Position numbers and translations under genes: made by a program. The notes under the pieces are model-generated. The model made no database searches. It was not told the DNA's origin and was given only the letters and a program-made list of their open reading frames with translations. From contig JBDOQK010000022.1 in NCBI GenBank assembly GCA_040437565.1, forward strand, positions 186,001-250,000: a stretch of DNA of 64,000 bases. Direction: 5' to 3'. Source of the DNA: Albugo candida. Taxonomy: Eukaryota. Below, piece after piece: positions 35,225-49,257 of this stretch (within the stretch, counting starts at the first letter, position 1; every line of letters starts with the position of its first letter).

Positions 35225-38200
35225 GATGCTACCAGAGAGCCTTTTTCTTGAGAACTTCAACATAACGCAAGAACATCGTTCCATAGAATACTTGACGACT
35301 ACCGAAACTTGACAGCTCGAAGCTTTCCCCTAAAAAAATGCATAGATGGGTAGCTTCATTCATGAGGATAGCTGTGAGCTTCAGTATCCTTAACGTACCA
35401 AACACAGAACGAATATGATATATGAAATCAATACCTGCATTTGAATAAGCTGTGTATCACTTGTGCATTGCTAATATGTAAAAACCCCTTTGGATCTACT
35501 TTAAATGTATCGAGTGATTGCTGCGCACAATCTTGGTGAACACGTAACATAAGACACCCAATGATATAGTCAAGTGTGTCGACGATCCATATCGAGCAAG
35601 AAGTTAAATCGTGAAAGTGTCTTCATGGTGCAGATCACCGCCACAACTATAACATGCTTTTTCCCAAGTGAATAAAGCCGCTGCTTCTATTGAGTTGGAG
35701 TCCAGTTAGGGTTTCAATATACCATAGCTACACCACATTCTTGGAAGAAAGGATTGTATAGAGGTCCATTCAACAATCAATAGGTGATTGAACAAGGTCA
35801 GTATCACATATTTTCTTCCCAAAGAAAAGCTATAGGATAGTATGCTTCAATGCAATGGCACACAACCTTGAGGCGTGCAGTGATCGTGAAGACTTCTTTT
35901 TGAACGACAAACCTTTGATATATTTACCTACAGGTCACATCACACCCCCAGCCATGCGAATATGTAATCATGGATCTAGCGAAAGTGATGTGTACGATAC
36001 TAGAAACGGGACTGCCACCGTCTTCTTTACTCATGTTGCATTACATACTCTTTCAGAGCAAAACCATTTCGCCTTGGGAATCAATGACAGCTTTACCATT
36101 CGACGCAATCGATATCATTGACAATTAGTAATTTTCCAGACGAGACGGAATTTTCCATCTAACCTCTTAGATTTGGCCTGAAGAAGTATCGTGCTATAAT
36201 CGTGCTTTTTCCCTTGTCCTTTGTAAATAACACTTTTTCAATCATTCGTAGCACATAGAGTTCGCTTTCTTCGATCAAAACGCAAAAGTTTCTTTATCAT
36301 CATTTGTAGACTGAAAAAAACCTTACTGCGATGCATTTTCAGCTCGATATTTGCTCCATCATTCTCACTAACGCTTTCTTGAAGAGATACACCCAACGTC
36401 TCTATCATTTATTCGATAATTCAAGTTGAGACGCTTCGGAAAGTACTGTGGTTTTTACTTCTTTATAAAGATCACGTGCAAGGTGGTACGATGAACGAAG
36501 TCATCGGTATCTCAGTAGATGAGAGATTTGTGCGTAAGAAAAATCCTAGGAACGAGTCACTGCGAGTCTTGCTTTAAAAGATGGCACGACCAATCGCGTT
36601 TTTCGCAGGACAGCTACTTTTATCACACATGTGATGTAGTTCTGTCCGAGTTGGAGAAAACGTTTTTTAAGTGAAAAGTGGTCTGAACAAAAGCATAGAA
36701 TATTGCTGAAGTTTCTTAGGTCGAACTTCCTATGCCTTATCCTTCGAAATACAACCACGTCAGAATAATTTTCAAGATGCCTCTTAGTTTGGGCACTACT
36801 AATGCTGGATGTTGAACAGCTACTGCACTTGTTAATATTGGGTATACTACGCGGCGTATGTTCTTGTTTCCTTGAGGTACAATGTTGTAAGAGGTATCAT
36901 TATACTCGAAATTGAGTTGAGAAATATAGAATATCGCAGGCTGTAATGATAGGACCCCAAAGCAAGCACAGCATGAACTCTAAATATACAATTGTGTAAA
37001 TATAATAATACAAAACAAGAAAGGGTATGCATTGTGAGAAAATGTCGAAATAGCCTGTACGATTGGACGTTTATAACCACTATTAGCCAGTCACAATCTT
37101 ACACGCTGAATCCTTTGTTCGATTTGTACCGGAAATCAGCATGGACAAGTGCATTGGAGGAAACTCTGATATGGACCACTCCTTCAATCGCTAAAATTCA
37201 GATGGTTGGCCATCGCTTATATAAAGATGCCGTATACGAATATCGCTCGCCTTTTTACTATGCTGTATTCTGTGCCCTTTCCAACGCTCATGTTGTGACT
37301 GAAGACACAAGTGTGGAAACTGGATCGTAGCATCATTAACCCCCAGGAAATCATGAGATGCCATATGTGCATCCTGAAGGTCGCTGGTACCACGCGGGCA
37401 ACTATTGTCCGGAAAAATAAACCTTCGCTAACGAAAAATATTTTTAAAATGTCGAGCTTCAGTGAATGCTTGGACTTTCGAGTTCATGACTCGACAAAGT
37501 AAGCGCACCTTGGCAAAGAGTTGTAATCATGTCACCGTCTGAGGCTAATCGCTGCTATCTGTCAAATCCACGGAATTGATTGAGAAGGAGTCAACCGGAA
37601 CACAAGCAGCNNNNNNNNNNNNNNNNNNNNNNNNNNNNNNNNNNNNNNNNNNNNNNNNNNNNNNNNNNNNNNNNNNNNNNNNNNNNNNNNNNNNNNNNNN
37701 NNNNNNNNNNCAATCGCGTTTTTCGCAGGACAGCTACTTTTATCACACATGTGATGTAGTTCTGTCCGAGTTGGAGAAAACGTTTTTTAAGTGAAAAGTG
37801 GTCTGAACAAAAGCATAGAATATTGCTGAAGTTTCTTAGGTCGAACTTCCTATGCCTTATCCTTCGAAATACAACCACGTCAGAATAATTTTCAAGATGC
37901 CTCTTAGTTTGGGCACTACTAATGCTGGATGTTGAACAGCTACTGCACTTGTTAATATTGGGTATACTACGCGGCGTATGTTCTTGTTTCCTTGAGGTAC
38001 AATGTTGTAAGAGGTATCATTATACTCGAAATTGAGTTGAGAAATATAGAATATCGCAGGCTGTAATGATAGGACCCCAAAGCAAGCACAGCATGAACTC
38101 TAAATATACAATTGTGTAAATATAATAATACAAAACAAGAAAGGGTATGCATTGTGAGAAAATGTCGAAATAGCCTGTACGATTGGACGTTTATAACCAC

Positions 38201-38346
38201 TATTAGCCAGTCACAATCTTACACGCTGAATCCTTTGTTCGATTTGTACCGGAAATCAGCATGGACAAGTGCATTGGAGGAAACTCTGATATGGACCACT
38301 CCTTCAATCGCTAAAATTCAGATGGTTGGCCATCGCTTATATAAAG

Positions 38347-40061
38347 ATGCCGTATACGAATATCGCTCGCCTTTTTACTATGCTGTATTCTGTGCCCTTT
38401 CCAACGCTCATGTTGTGACTGAAGACACAAGTGTGGAAACTGGATCGTAGCATCATTAACCCCCAGGAAATCATGAGATGCCATATGTGCATCCTGAAGG
38501 TCGCTGGTACCACGCGGGCAACTATTGTCCGGAAAAATAAACCTTCGCTAACGAAAAATATTTTTAAAATGTCGAGCTTCAGTGAATGCTTGGACTTTCG
38601 AGTTCATGACTCGACAAAGTAAGCGCACCTTGGCAAAGAGTTGTAATCATGTCACCGTCTGAGGCTAATCGCTGCTATCTGTCAAATCCACGGAATTGAT
38701 TGAGAAGGAGTCAACCGGAACACAAGCAGCAGCAAGTGAGCTTGAGCCTATCTGCCTTTTACTATGAACTTTATTGACGACAGCGCGAACTAGATATTGC
38801 CTGAAAACAAAATAAGTCAGTGGCTCTCAAATATATGAGGAGTGTTTCGTTATATCAAGTACCGATCTCCTTATTCGGACAACTGTTCTTTTGTACCCCA
38901 ATTTCCGCACAGATAATGCTGAGAAAATGCTTCGTCCATGCAAGGATTCTAGTGCTTCACCCACATGGATCTGGATTATGTACCCGCTGCTGCATGTCAG
39001 AAGATGATTATGCAGAGTTTTCTTGCAAATCTTCACCCTTTCACTGAAATGCATACGATAGAAAGCAATTTGATAAAAAATGATTTGGTGGCGCGTATCA
39101 TTGATATTGAAAGCACACCTCGCTGTATAGGTGTTCGATTTTCATCTACCACCAAAGTTCTCGAGTGCATGGACACTTTCTCCGCCAAATTTGAAGTGGA
39201 GCAGTTCTATTTCACAAAGAAAGGGATTCATGATGCTGTTATCTGTATACAAGCGAGAAGGCCAAGGAAGACGTGACCCTCCAGTTGAAAAACATGGAGC
39301 GGGCTGCTATCGAATATTTTGCCGATCTGAAATATGCGCAAAGTTCAAATCTCATCATTTCGACCCATTACCATCATTTCAGCTCCAAATATCAACTTGG
39401 AAATCGGAAAAGATAGAATAAGGGTTTTCTCATGTTGCTTCTAGCCACAGAACGCATTGTGCCTTAGCTCATGAGAAGAAGTCCGTATCAAATCACCGGC
39501 TTTGTGTTCAGAATTTCGGCATACACGTATTCATCATCGAAGAAATGACTGCTGTTACAATTCTGGTATCTAATGCACGAAGAGTTCGACGCGGCCAAAC
39601 TCACATAATGTATCACACATGGGAGTCCTTTTGAGGCTCAACAATGGTATCAATTTGAATTTCTCCCGCAGGAAATGTGCGAATATGAGAAAAGCACGAC
39701 AAGCTCGAAGTCTCTTAGTTGCCAGCTCTTCCAATCAAATTCCTACTTCATCAAATGTGATGGTTGTATCGTGGAACAATCTTGATATCACTTGCATTGA
39801 AGATCGTGCACTGTACCATGACGTGCTACTGGTTTCGATCAAGAAAAATTATGTGTGATACTACATACTGTACCAAGCGATGGAGTCATCGAACGGTGCG
39901 GGACAGTGCACGAAAAGAAAGAATTTATCATTGATTTTCGCTATCTGCGTTTTATTTTGGCATACGATATGGGACAATATATAAAGTACGAACAAATGAG
40001 CCGTCAGAGTCGCTCGATTTATGACGCAGCAACAAAACTAATTCGTGACAACGATGATTGA
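38347..40061 (+). pseudogene. CCG/CHxC effector paralogue G, heavily degraded
   Basis: The conserved CCG upstream block is followed by fragments in several frames: RCHMCILKVAG, STPRCIGVRF..ECM, SHHFD..SFQLQISTWK and CIEDRALYHDVLLVS. There are many stops and frameshifts. Confidence 0.88.
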
Positions 40062-40192
40062 TTACTGCTTCTTTATTGTGCACAAGAAAGTATATCGAAC
40101 GTCTGCCAAACCTTTCAAAGTTTTCGAATCTTTACAATGCGCATCATAGACAAGAAAGACTGGCGCCTTATTAGTTCCATTTAGATTTTGAG

Positions 40193-42296
40193 TTAAAAGT
40201 GTCGACATAATTAGAATTAGACTAACTGACTTCACTAGCTGCCTCAGCTATCTTAGATTTCATCTATACATCTGTCCTGAGCTATCTTAGATTTCATCTA
40301 TACATCTGTCCTGAGCTATCTTAGATTTCATCTATACATCTAGTCCTGTATCGCGGTAGCTGTAAAAGCCACCACAATACAAGAGTGTGTCCAGTGGGTA
40401 AATGATAGAAGAGTTGTGCGATGGTTCAAAAGTACTATGTTTTGCAAGCTGGGATGCGCCACATTGGTTCGAACACAGTCCTTCAAGAAGGACTAGGATC
40501 CGAGTTGCACTTGCATTTCGACTTGACTGTGTCGTAGCCCAAGGAATGATCTTCGACTTCTGAAAAATTTACTTAATGATTCTTGCCTTGCTAGTTGATC
40601 CACACCCTCGCAAGCCGAATGTGTTCGTCTTGATAGTAATTCTGTCTTCGAAAGTACTAGTGGTGCGCACTCAACGTTGTGTAAATCACGTAAAGTGCTA
40701 GAACTCTCGGAGTTGCGGGATCGCTAATCTGACAGACGATGATTCCTGTCAGTCCAGACGAATTGCAGCGTCACCGCTTGCAATGCAAGCCATACAACGA
40801 ATAACTTGCTTATATTCTTTCCAATCCGACCTTAGTGCTGGCACGATTTCACATGCAATAGGCGCTGGTATCATAACACCTGTTCTGAGTAGCTCCCTCC
40901 GTAATTGTGCTGTATGATCGCACTTGAGAAAGAGATGTCTATCGGATTCCGCTGCGCCACACGAAGGCTACATGCACAGTATAAATACGGGCTGAATATC
41001 TTCAAAATCCGAAACGAGAACAAACTGGCAACGTCGGAAAGGCTAGACGGATTGTAAATCTTCAAAAGTGGGTAATGTACGTTTTCGAAGATGCCGTGAC
41101 GTAGCCATAAATGTTCCAAATCGTTCTAAATCCAGTCCGTCCGATCTCCCTGTGTGCTGACATCAGATGGCTCTTGGTTTGGTTCGAAAGGTTTCCAGAC
41201 GATGCGTGAGAGTTGACGACGTAGAATGTATGGAAATAAGGTTTCCTCTCTTTGCTTTGTACTACCACATAAAACGATCTGCCACTTGTGTTTTGTTGGA
41301 TCGAAGTGATGAAAACAATCATCGACTGAATACGCTAGAGTATCTCAGTGACTTCATTGTAAAGTCGACCCAGCAAATTTTCTCCAGCCATATCTGATGC
41401 GTTCAGCTCTTCGTCGTTGTAACAGCTGGCGACGATTGCTTCCTTCGTTGGCCATGTGTCGCTTTCTCGAAAAAAGTCTTGAAGACATCGGATGTCGAGA
41501 AGTGTACCTAACGATTTTTGAAACGTACGATGTGGCTTGTCCACCACGCCAAGATTGTGCCAAATGTTTTTCGTACTCGGATTACGGCTAGCAGGTACAT
41601 AATGTAATTCTTGGTCGTATTGGAACCCCATTAGTCGCCCTATGTAGTACCGACGGCGTTGTAAAACATTCTAATCTGATGCCATATTTCAAATGCGTTT
41701 CTACCATGAGGGTGCGCTCTCCCATTTAACAATTTTGCATTGTCGATTTGGTGCGATAGTGAATATGTCCATTGGCTTGTGTGGGCCAAAGGAAGGTTAA
41801 ATAAGTTGTACTAATTCCGTCGATGCAGTTGTCCAATTCGCAGATATAATTGTCGACGCATCGGCTGCGAACTGCTGAAGGAATTGAATACGTTGTAGCT
41901 TTAGTCGTCCCACCAAAAAAGGAACTTGTAGTCCACCATCTTGTCGGCGAAGATATAAAATTTCTTTGCAGAGTAGGTGCACGTGTTTCGAATCTTCTTC
42001 GTGTTTCTGACCAAGCACAAATCGATTTTACATCGATTGCCACTGTCGAATAGTTACTGCTGGTATATCAACGTGCATCGTGTAGTGCCACAGACGTGAT
42101 AAAATCATCGTCTGCGCAACCAGCAGTCGACCACGGACATTTGGTGCACGTCGAAGCCATACACCAAACCCATCGTAAAACCGCTTGTCGAGAGTTGAAA
42201 TAACCATCGAGTGAGTTGGTTTCTGGCCGAACGGAATACCCAAATACTTGACCGAATCCTCCGGACCCATTATGGTCAAATTGGGAATACGTGGAC
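40193..42296 (-). mobile_element. Decayed non-LTR retrotransposon (L1/Tx1-like LINE): RT C-terminus, zf-RVT region and 3' UTR
   Basis: Minus-strand fragments VKYLGIPFG, RGRLLVAQTMILSRLWHY, QDGGLQVP and a degenerate EET..H.F...SRIVW zinc-binding region are typical of L1-clade ORF2. There are multiple stops, and the 5' extent beyond the gap is uncertain. Confidence 0.8.
40246..40348. repeat. 34-bp tandem repeat x3 (agctatcttagatttcatctatacatctgtcctg)
   Basis: Three near-perfect consecutive units at the 3' end of the LINE. Confidence 0.9.
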
Positions 42297-45200
42297 NNNN
42301 NNNNNNNNNNNNNNNNNNNNNNNNNNNNNNNNNNNNNNNNNNNNNNNNNNNNNNNNNNNNNNNNNNNNNNNNNNNNNNNNNNNNNNNNNNNNNNNNTGCC
42401 ACGTCACTACAAGTGGACGCTAGCACCCTTGGTTGTGTCGATATGTCGACTTGGACCATTGTTTTCGAGAGGAAAGAGTTGAAAAAGGTAGTTTTTCGAG
42501 TTGTTTTGTATCAAATTGGCGGTTTACGTAGTAGCCGGCAAATTGAGAAGTGTGTTCCAGGAGCTCAGCCTGAGTCCTGCCAGCCAGAGGCCTCGTTACT
42601 GCAGACCAATTTTGATGTCCTCCGGCTGCCCTCGACAAGCGACGTTTGGTTTATGTTTTGAATACTTGCGCCCTAAGAAATTCACTCTACCTTGGTGGTC
42701 GTTTGCATAAGCGAAAAATTACCACCAAGAACCAAATTCATCCGGGTTAGGTCGTCAGGCGTGAAGGCACAGTATCAGTTGCATTGTCAAACGCAAAAAA
42801 AGGCTTGATTTCTGAGGAGTGCCCTCTCCTTCACCTGCTTCAGTAAGACTTCATACTCCCACCAATCATCATGTTCGGTTATCGGATACAGCGGGAAGGC
42901 TGGGGTGGTGCAGCGTTATTCATTGTCCAGTACTAACCAGATCACATCGCGAAGAAATTCGCTCACATAAGTAAATCTCCCTTTCTCTTTCTTTTGCAGC
43001 GCCAGCTCGTCAGGGGGCAACCATAAGCATATCAACCCGTGATGGGAGTCAAAGGTGCTCTCGTCATATCTCACGAAAAACAAAAGGCGAACCCTTCCAA
43101 CGGCTACGAAGCAGGAAATTTCTTATCATTTCTATCCAAGCCTTCAAATGCCTGCAAAAGTTTTTCGTACTCACGCATTTGTTTCAAGAACATTTGACGA
43201 TAAGAAAACGCATCTCCCCGCTCATGCCCATCGATATAGATTTTTATTGAAATTCAAGGAACGAAACATCCAGAGAGTGCAGACAGCACATCGATGTCCA
43301 TTCAGAAATTGGGGGTGATGGTGCATAGTCAAGGCCTGAGAGACGTTTTTCATTTATGTGGTCTGTCAATGGATTAATCTCATATATATTTGTTCTGCAG
43401 AAGATATTGCTGCAAAGGCAATATACAGTCTTCGTCTTGTAAAAAGATCCGTCACTTTGCATGTTTGTCTTGGCGAGACAAAGGCAGTTTGTCATCCTTG
43501 AGAAAAAATTACAAGCGCGGAAACAAACGCATAAGAAAAACTCATTTGCCGGCACCCTCAGCGATTAGCTTAATTGCTTCAATGTGTCCTTTACTAAACT
43601 TACGCAGCAGCAAGTAATACAGAACCGCAAACCTACGCTTCACTGCTTCTTGCGTTTACTGGAGGTTCTGGTTTCCCACTGCCAACAGCTGCTCAATTGC
43701 AGTTTACAGTACTCTCTCTGACCACAGAGACTCAACTTCCTCGTCACTGTTTGATGGAAGATCCTGAACAGTTGTGGTATCCGTTGTTTGCGCTTCATCG
43801 GACTGGCCTGTGTTCACTCCACCAGTTGACCAGTAATTAGTCAGATGCCAGCCACCAGCAGTAGCGCGCGTGTTTGCCAGAGTTTTTGCCTTGCATTGCG
43901 TGCCGAACTACCAACATAGCGCAAAGGTCTATTAGACGACGCTTCTGACTGCACGGCTCTACGTCAGAATGTTCTTTGGATGTTTTCTGCAAAACCTTCA
44001 GCTTCTTGTTCTTCAGCGTCCCTACCCTCTCTCAGACCCATTTATTAGTCCTCTGAACTGCAACTGGAGTCATCAGAGCTACTAGACACGGCCAAAGAAC
44101 GTTCCTTGATTCTTAGACGCTTACGTTTTTCGACAGCCAGATTGGGCCTACCCTTCGTATTTTTATGGAACTATGTAGGACGCGCCATTGTGAATTTTAG
44201 GGCAGGGAAGAACGGAAGCTCGGATGCAACGGCAAGCTACGTTCAATACGGGTCTGGTCCACACAGCTAGTGGGACCCCTGTACATTAAAAAAATAGATT
44301 TTGGCCATACCACTCACGTGTTGATGTTTACAAGTGTCGTGCACCGTATACGCAAAATAATCCTCGATGTAACATCCCAACCCCTGTTGTAGATGCGCTA
44401 GGCCCAAGTGCTGCGAATATTTCAAGCATATATAGATGACGGAACTCTTTGCTGCTTCAAAGTACGCTTTGGACAGCTATCAGGCATCTAAGTCGCACAA
44501 CATCCCATTGAGCACATTCTTCCAGCGAAATGCACTAGTCTCTTTGCTATGATTTCTTTGTATACTACATAATCACTCCAAGAGATTTGTTGCAATGTCA
44601 ATCGCTTAGCTGCTTTTCGTTGCATATTGATGCTTTTTTCGAGGGGATAGTATACTCTTAATACATCAAATTGGAGAATACTATCACAATGTGAGCTGTG
44701 CTTTGAACCTGGTTATTATATGGATTACATGGTAACTATGCAACACTATCCAAGACAGTGATGTAATCGTTATACAATGATACTTCATTGTTATACCATA
44801 TATTCTATACGAATCTGCTCGAGGAGCGCAATATAATAACAAAGTTGTGCGGTCTTTAATAAAATCTGGCCACTGGTCATTAAAATAGCTACATGAATGT
44901 CTTTATAGAACGTACTTTGACCGCTAGGGTACGTTCTTTAATTGTACGAATGTGAGCGGAACCTCATCAGCATTTGATAACATATCCGCATGTCGATCGT
45001 GGATTGTATATTCTAGAAATGCGAATCAATGAAGCCCTAGCACACAGGCGAAAATAAAAATACTGTAGGATGCACAATCAAGATTCTCTTCTATAGCAGC
45101 TGACTTATTTGGATACGGAATAATATCTGCAAGCAATAGCTGTTTAAGCAACCAAATATGGGGTGACTTTGATCGTCTAATAGTCACGGACACCTTCGAA

Positions 45201-48200
45201 CTTCAGGAAAATTGGTCCACTAAAATCATGAGGAAGCCTCATGCAATTTGAATAAATTGATCAAGATAATTGACGTGATGTTGAGCCGATGAAGCATATA
45301 CCTGTAGCAGCTCAATATCTCACTTAGGACGCCGATCAGTCGCGGCATTTTCTAAGAAATTTGAATTCCGGTCGAAGCAAATGCTTGATACAGCTAAGGT
45401 GAAAGCTTCAATTATTGCGTGAAGTGTATAATCATCCTCTCCATGAAGTTCTTTCCTCTGGATAGTTAAATCGTACCGTGCGGATTGAGTATGCTACCAC
45501 CGAATGTACGGCAACGTGCTATCGAACCCGAGGGGAAAAATTAACAAATTTGAGAAGTTTTGACCTCTTCTCACCGCTTCTCTCTATAGCGAAGCGACCG
45601 ACTCATCTGATATATGTGTAAGAAATCTAAAATGCAGCTGTAGTGAATTTGACTTATGCTTGAGGTAGAAGAAAAAAACCGTATCTCAACTCGCTACAAC
45701 CGAGATGACGGAAGGGATTAAGCAAAAGCGAAGTTATCGTTTCAGGTAGCAAAAGACTTATAGCTTCATTCAATAATATTTATATAGGGACGTTTGTTGA
45801 GTTCGAGAATCGTGTTCAAATTTAGCAGGAAAGAGGTTCCTTATTTCGGTCAGAACGTCAATCTAACATCACCTTGGTACGCAAAAAGTATCACGAGGTG
45901 ACCCTAGAAGTCATAGACCGATGGGATTCCGTTGCGCTAATGTTGAGATACCTGAAAATGTATTGCAGCATCGAATGAAACGGTTTAATCCGATCAAAAA
46001 GCAGTTGTGCGAGTACGGCCGATGCTTCATGACCCTTCGTCACATAGCTCACATAAAGGTCTTGGTCACCCGTCTTCCGGAAAAAGCCTAAGTTAAGTTT
46101 TTCAACTTCGAGGAAGCTTTTAAACCGAGTCATTCGGACGTAAAGGAGCCACGTTCTGGAGAAAGAAACCTTGTAAAGTGACATGAACGCCACTTTGACG
46201 AGAAATGGAAATATGAGCTGTTCATTGCAGAACAATTGGAAGTGAAACAAGGCGATTATCTCACTTCATTACTTTTTCTGATGCCGATTGAATCTTTGAA
46301 TGGTATTTGGATTGATGACACTGCTGTCGAAATTAGGCTATTTTTTGCGCAAATTCAAACTTCTCTCCACACACTGAATGATATTCTGTCGTAACTGGAA
46401 CTGGTCCAAATCATTTATGATGGATCAAGTGCGAAGTTCAACTTGCGCAAAATATCTTTGCTCTCTTTGAATCAGCCCATGCCGTGTTCTCTTATTTTTA
46501 CTTCAACTATAGTAGGATTCGTTGAAGTTTGAGTTCATTCCGTTCGGCCAGAAAAGCGTCTTTATGATGTATTGAATGTGAGGTTTGACGTGCATAAAGT
46601 GGCCGCGGTTGACAAATGGTTGAGCATACGGTAGTTTGATCACATCTGTGACACTACACTATGGACATGAATATACTATAAGATATGCCAATACCTACTA
46701 AATTGATTTGTGCTTGGTCGAGATCACAAGGAAAGAATTCGAAACTCGTTCACCTGATCAGAAAGAGTTTTTATATCTTTGTCGGCAGGACAATTGACTA
46801 CAAATTCTTTATTTTTTGGGAACACTAAATCTACAACGCCTACAGTTTTTTTCATATGCTTTGTTCCTGCTCATTAAAATGTTCTTCTATGGAATTCCCT
46901 ATCTCGTAAAACCTTTCCTGAAACCACAAATGCCAATATATATGCTAACCGTCGCACCATATCGACATGGTCGAATGATACAATAAGAAGCGCATCTTTT
47001 AGGTGGAAGAAAGTATCAAATGTGCCACCAGATGACTTTCAACATTGCAATTATGCATATATTTGAGTATTATGGCTGTAGCATGGCAACTTCTATACAT
47101 CTAGGATGGTTCCAGCTTCTTAACGTGGTTCTTTTATAGCTTTGTATCCTGTCATTATATAGTGCATCAAGCCTTCGTGTGGAGCAGTGCAATCCTCTCA
47201 ACATCTCTTTTTCGTAGGCTAGTCATCTCTTAATTAGTGCTCGATCTGCTCCCAATTGACATTTTTATTTGATGCCGTCCACGTACAGAATAGAAGGAGT
47301 TCCAGCAAAACATTTCTGTTTTTTGTTCGCTCCTCGACCAGCAACACTGACATTTTGATCACTTCTGTGATCTCCACCATGCTTAGTGGGTACCTTCATT
47401 AGGTCTAATAATATACTTACGATGAATAATGGCACATTTAGCTCGCAAAGGTTTGAAGCAAGTCGCAACGCAATGATGATTTGAATTATTTTCAAAAGTT
47501 CGTAGATCACGGCTTAGTGTAAGGCAACGTAAAGTAGAAGTGCAAGTATTTTGATGCAGTGAGGCAAGCGCAATTGAGGACAATCAATTGAAATACAAGT
47601 TATCAACTACTATAGGCTTTAGGTATATCACCACTCCGCTTAGGCGCATTCGTGCGGCTAGTAGAGGTATCACCCTTTTTTTCCAGTTAATCTATGGCGT
47701 TATGGGTGGCTATTCAACAATGTTCGGAGACTATCCTTGCTGGTGCTTCGATCCACATGTTGAAATAAGTTTTCTCATCTCGTCACGTCTATCCAAGAAT
47801 TTGATACTTATTTGAATCTGAAAATGCGTTTCCAAGCTCGTCTGAATATGATAAGAAAACGATTTTGCGCAAAGTACTATCTTTAATTCACTTACGCACT
47901 CAAATTTCGCACCGACCACCGAATTTATCCCTTGATTCGTTGTTTTCCGATTTCTTGATCAAACGTATGCGTCTTATTTGGTAAGTATAATAGCGCTATT
48001 CCCGTCCTCCTCTCCCCTTTGAACATTGAGATAATCTTTGCATCATATATTTTTTGTATTCCAATCAATTTTGCAACATCCTCTTCCGTGCCGCTTTGAA
48101 CATAATCAGATCATACCTTGGACGTCTATGCTTGGTATCTCAGTGATACCATTAGAAACACAAACCTGTTGGTGCTATTCGTTTTATCTTTGCACTAACG

Positions 48201-49257
48201 AGTAAGAGAAACTCTAATTACAAGCTCGTATACTAACATGTGTCAGGATCATGTAGCGTTTATTACTATACTTTTGACAAAGTCCATTTCTAGACTATCG
48301 TTAGTGAATTCAAAAAGACACTCTGATAAAAGTTGAGCTATCCGTTATCAAATCAATTCATGATTAGCAGGAGGTCGGTCGAAGACATACTACAGCTTAT
48401 TTCCAGCTTCAATATGAGAGCTGAGTCTCAAATCAAATAGCAATCTAGTCGAATTTGTATCGAGATATTACGACGCTATACATTTACGGGATGCTGCAAA
48501 TTTTCCGGGCTGCATTGAAATCTTTGCGTGCATCTGTTTTATTTCGGAATGCATCTATAAATTCAAGTACATTATGCTTTGTGAATATTCAATGGGTCGA
48601 GCGCTAATAGCGGCACTTATTCACGGGCATGTTCTCTGCTTGTTTTTGCTATTGTTTACGTAGTTGACATTTTATTATATCTTTGACACAGTAACATAAC
48701 AAGTATCATATCCATTCGGCAAGTTGTAAATCTCATCTCAATGATGACCATGCTTTCATTACTGAGACTTTGATGCAATAGACTATCTGCGATACTCATT
48801 TCGATAGCAAGATAAACTAATCTCTCATCTAAAAATGGAGCAGATTCCTTCCTCCATGCATTGATGCTCATGACACTAGTACGGATGGACTCTTCTAGAC
48901 CGACAGTTCGTATTTGAAGAATTGATGCATTCTGTACACTATGTAGATGTATCGATCATTTTTCTTGTGCTGCGGAAGTGTAAAACCACACACTTCTTCG
49001 TAGTCCGTAATGACCGGTATAAAGAAGTACAAGCCCGCAAGACGAAGGACTTGGCAAGGTTGACGCAATACTAACAGTATCTCCTGCTAGAATCAGCAGG
49101 TTCCATATTTAGACGCGGTAGGGCAAGCTGTCGTTAAACGCTTTATAGTCCTACTTTTTGCGTCATATCGAATCCCACGATATCACGATCATGCTGATTG
49201 GTTTATATTCATTGATGGCAACGCTTTTTCGATACTAATATTCACAATCGAATATAC

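Noticed and set aside
36591-37610. Extra CCG 5' fragment (37227-37610)
   Set aside because: It is identical to 37711-38730 across a gap, so it is redundant assembly of paralogue G.
40246-40348. CRISPR-like repeats
   Set aside because: The units are contiguous with no spacers, and the context is a eukaryotic LINE 3' end.
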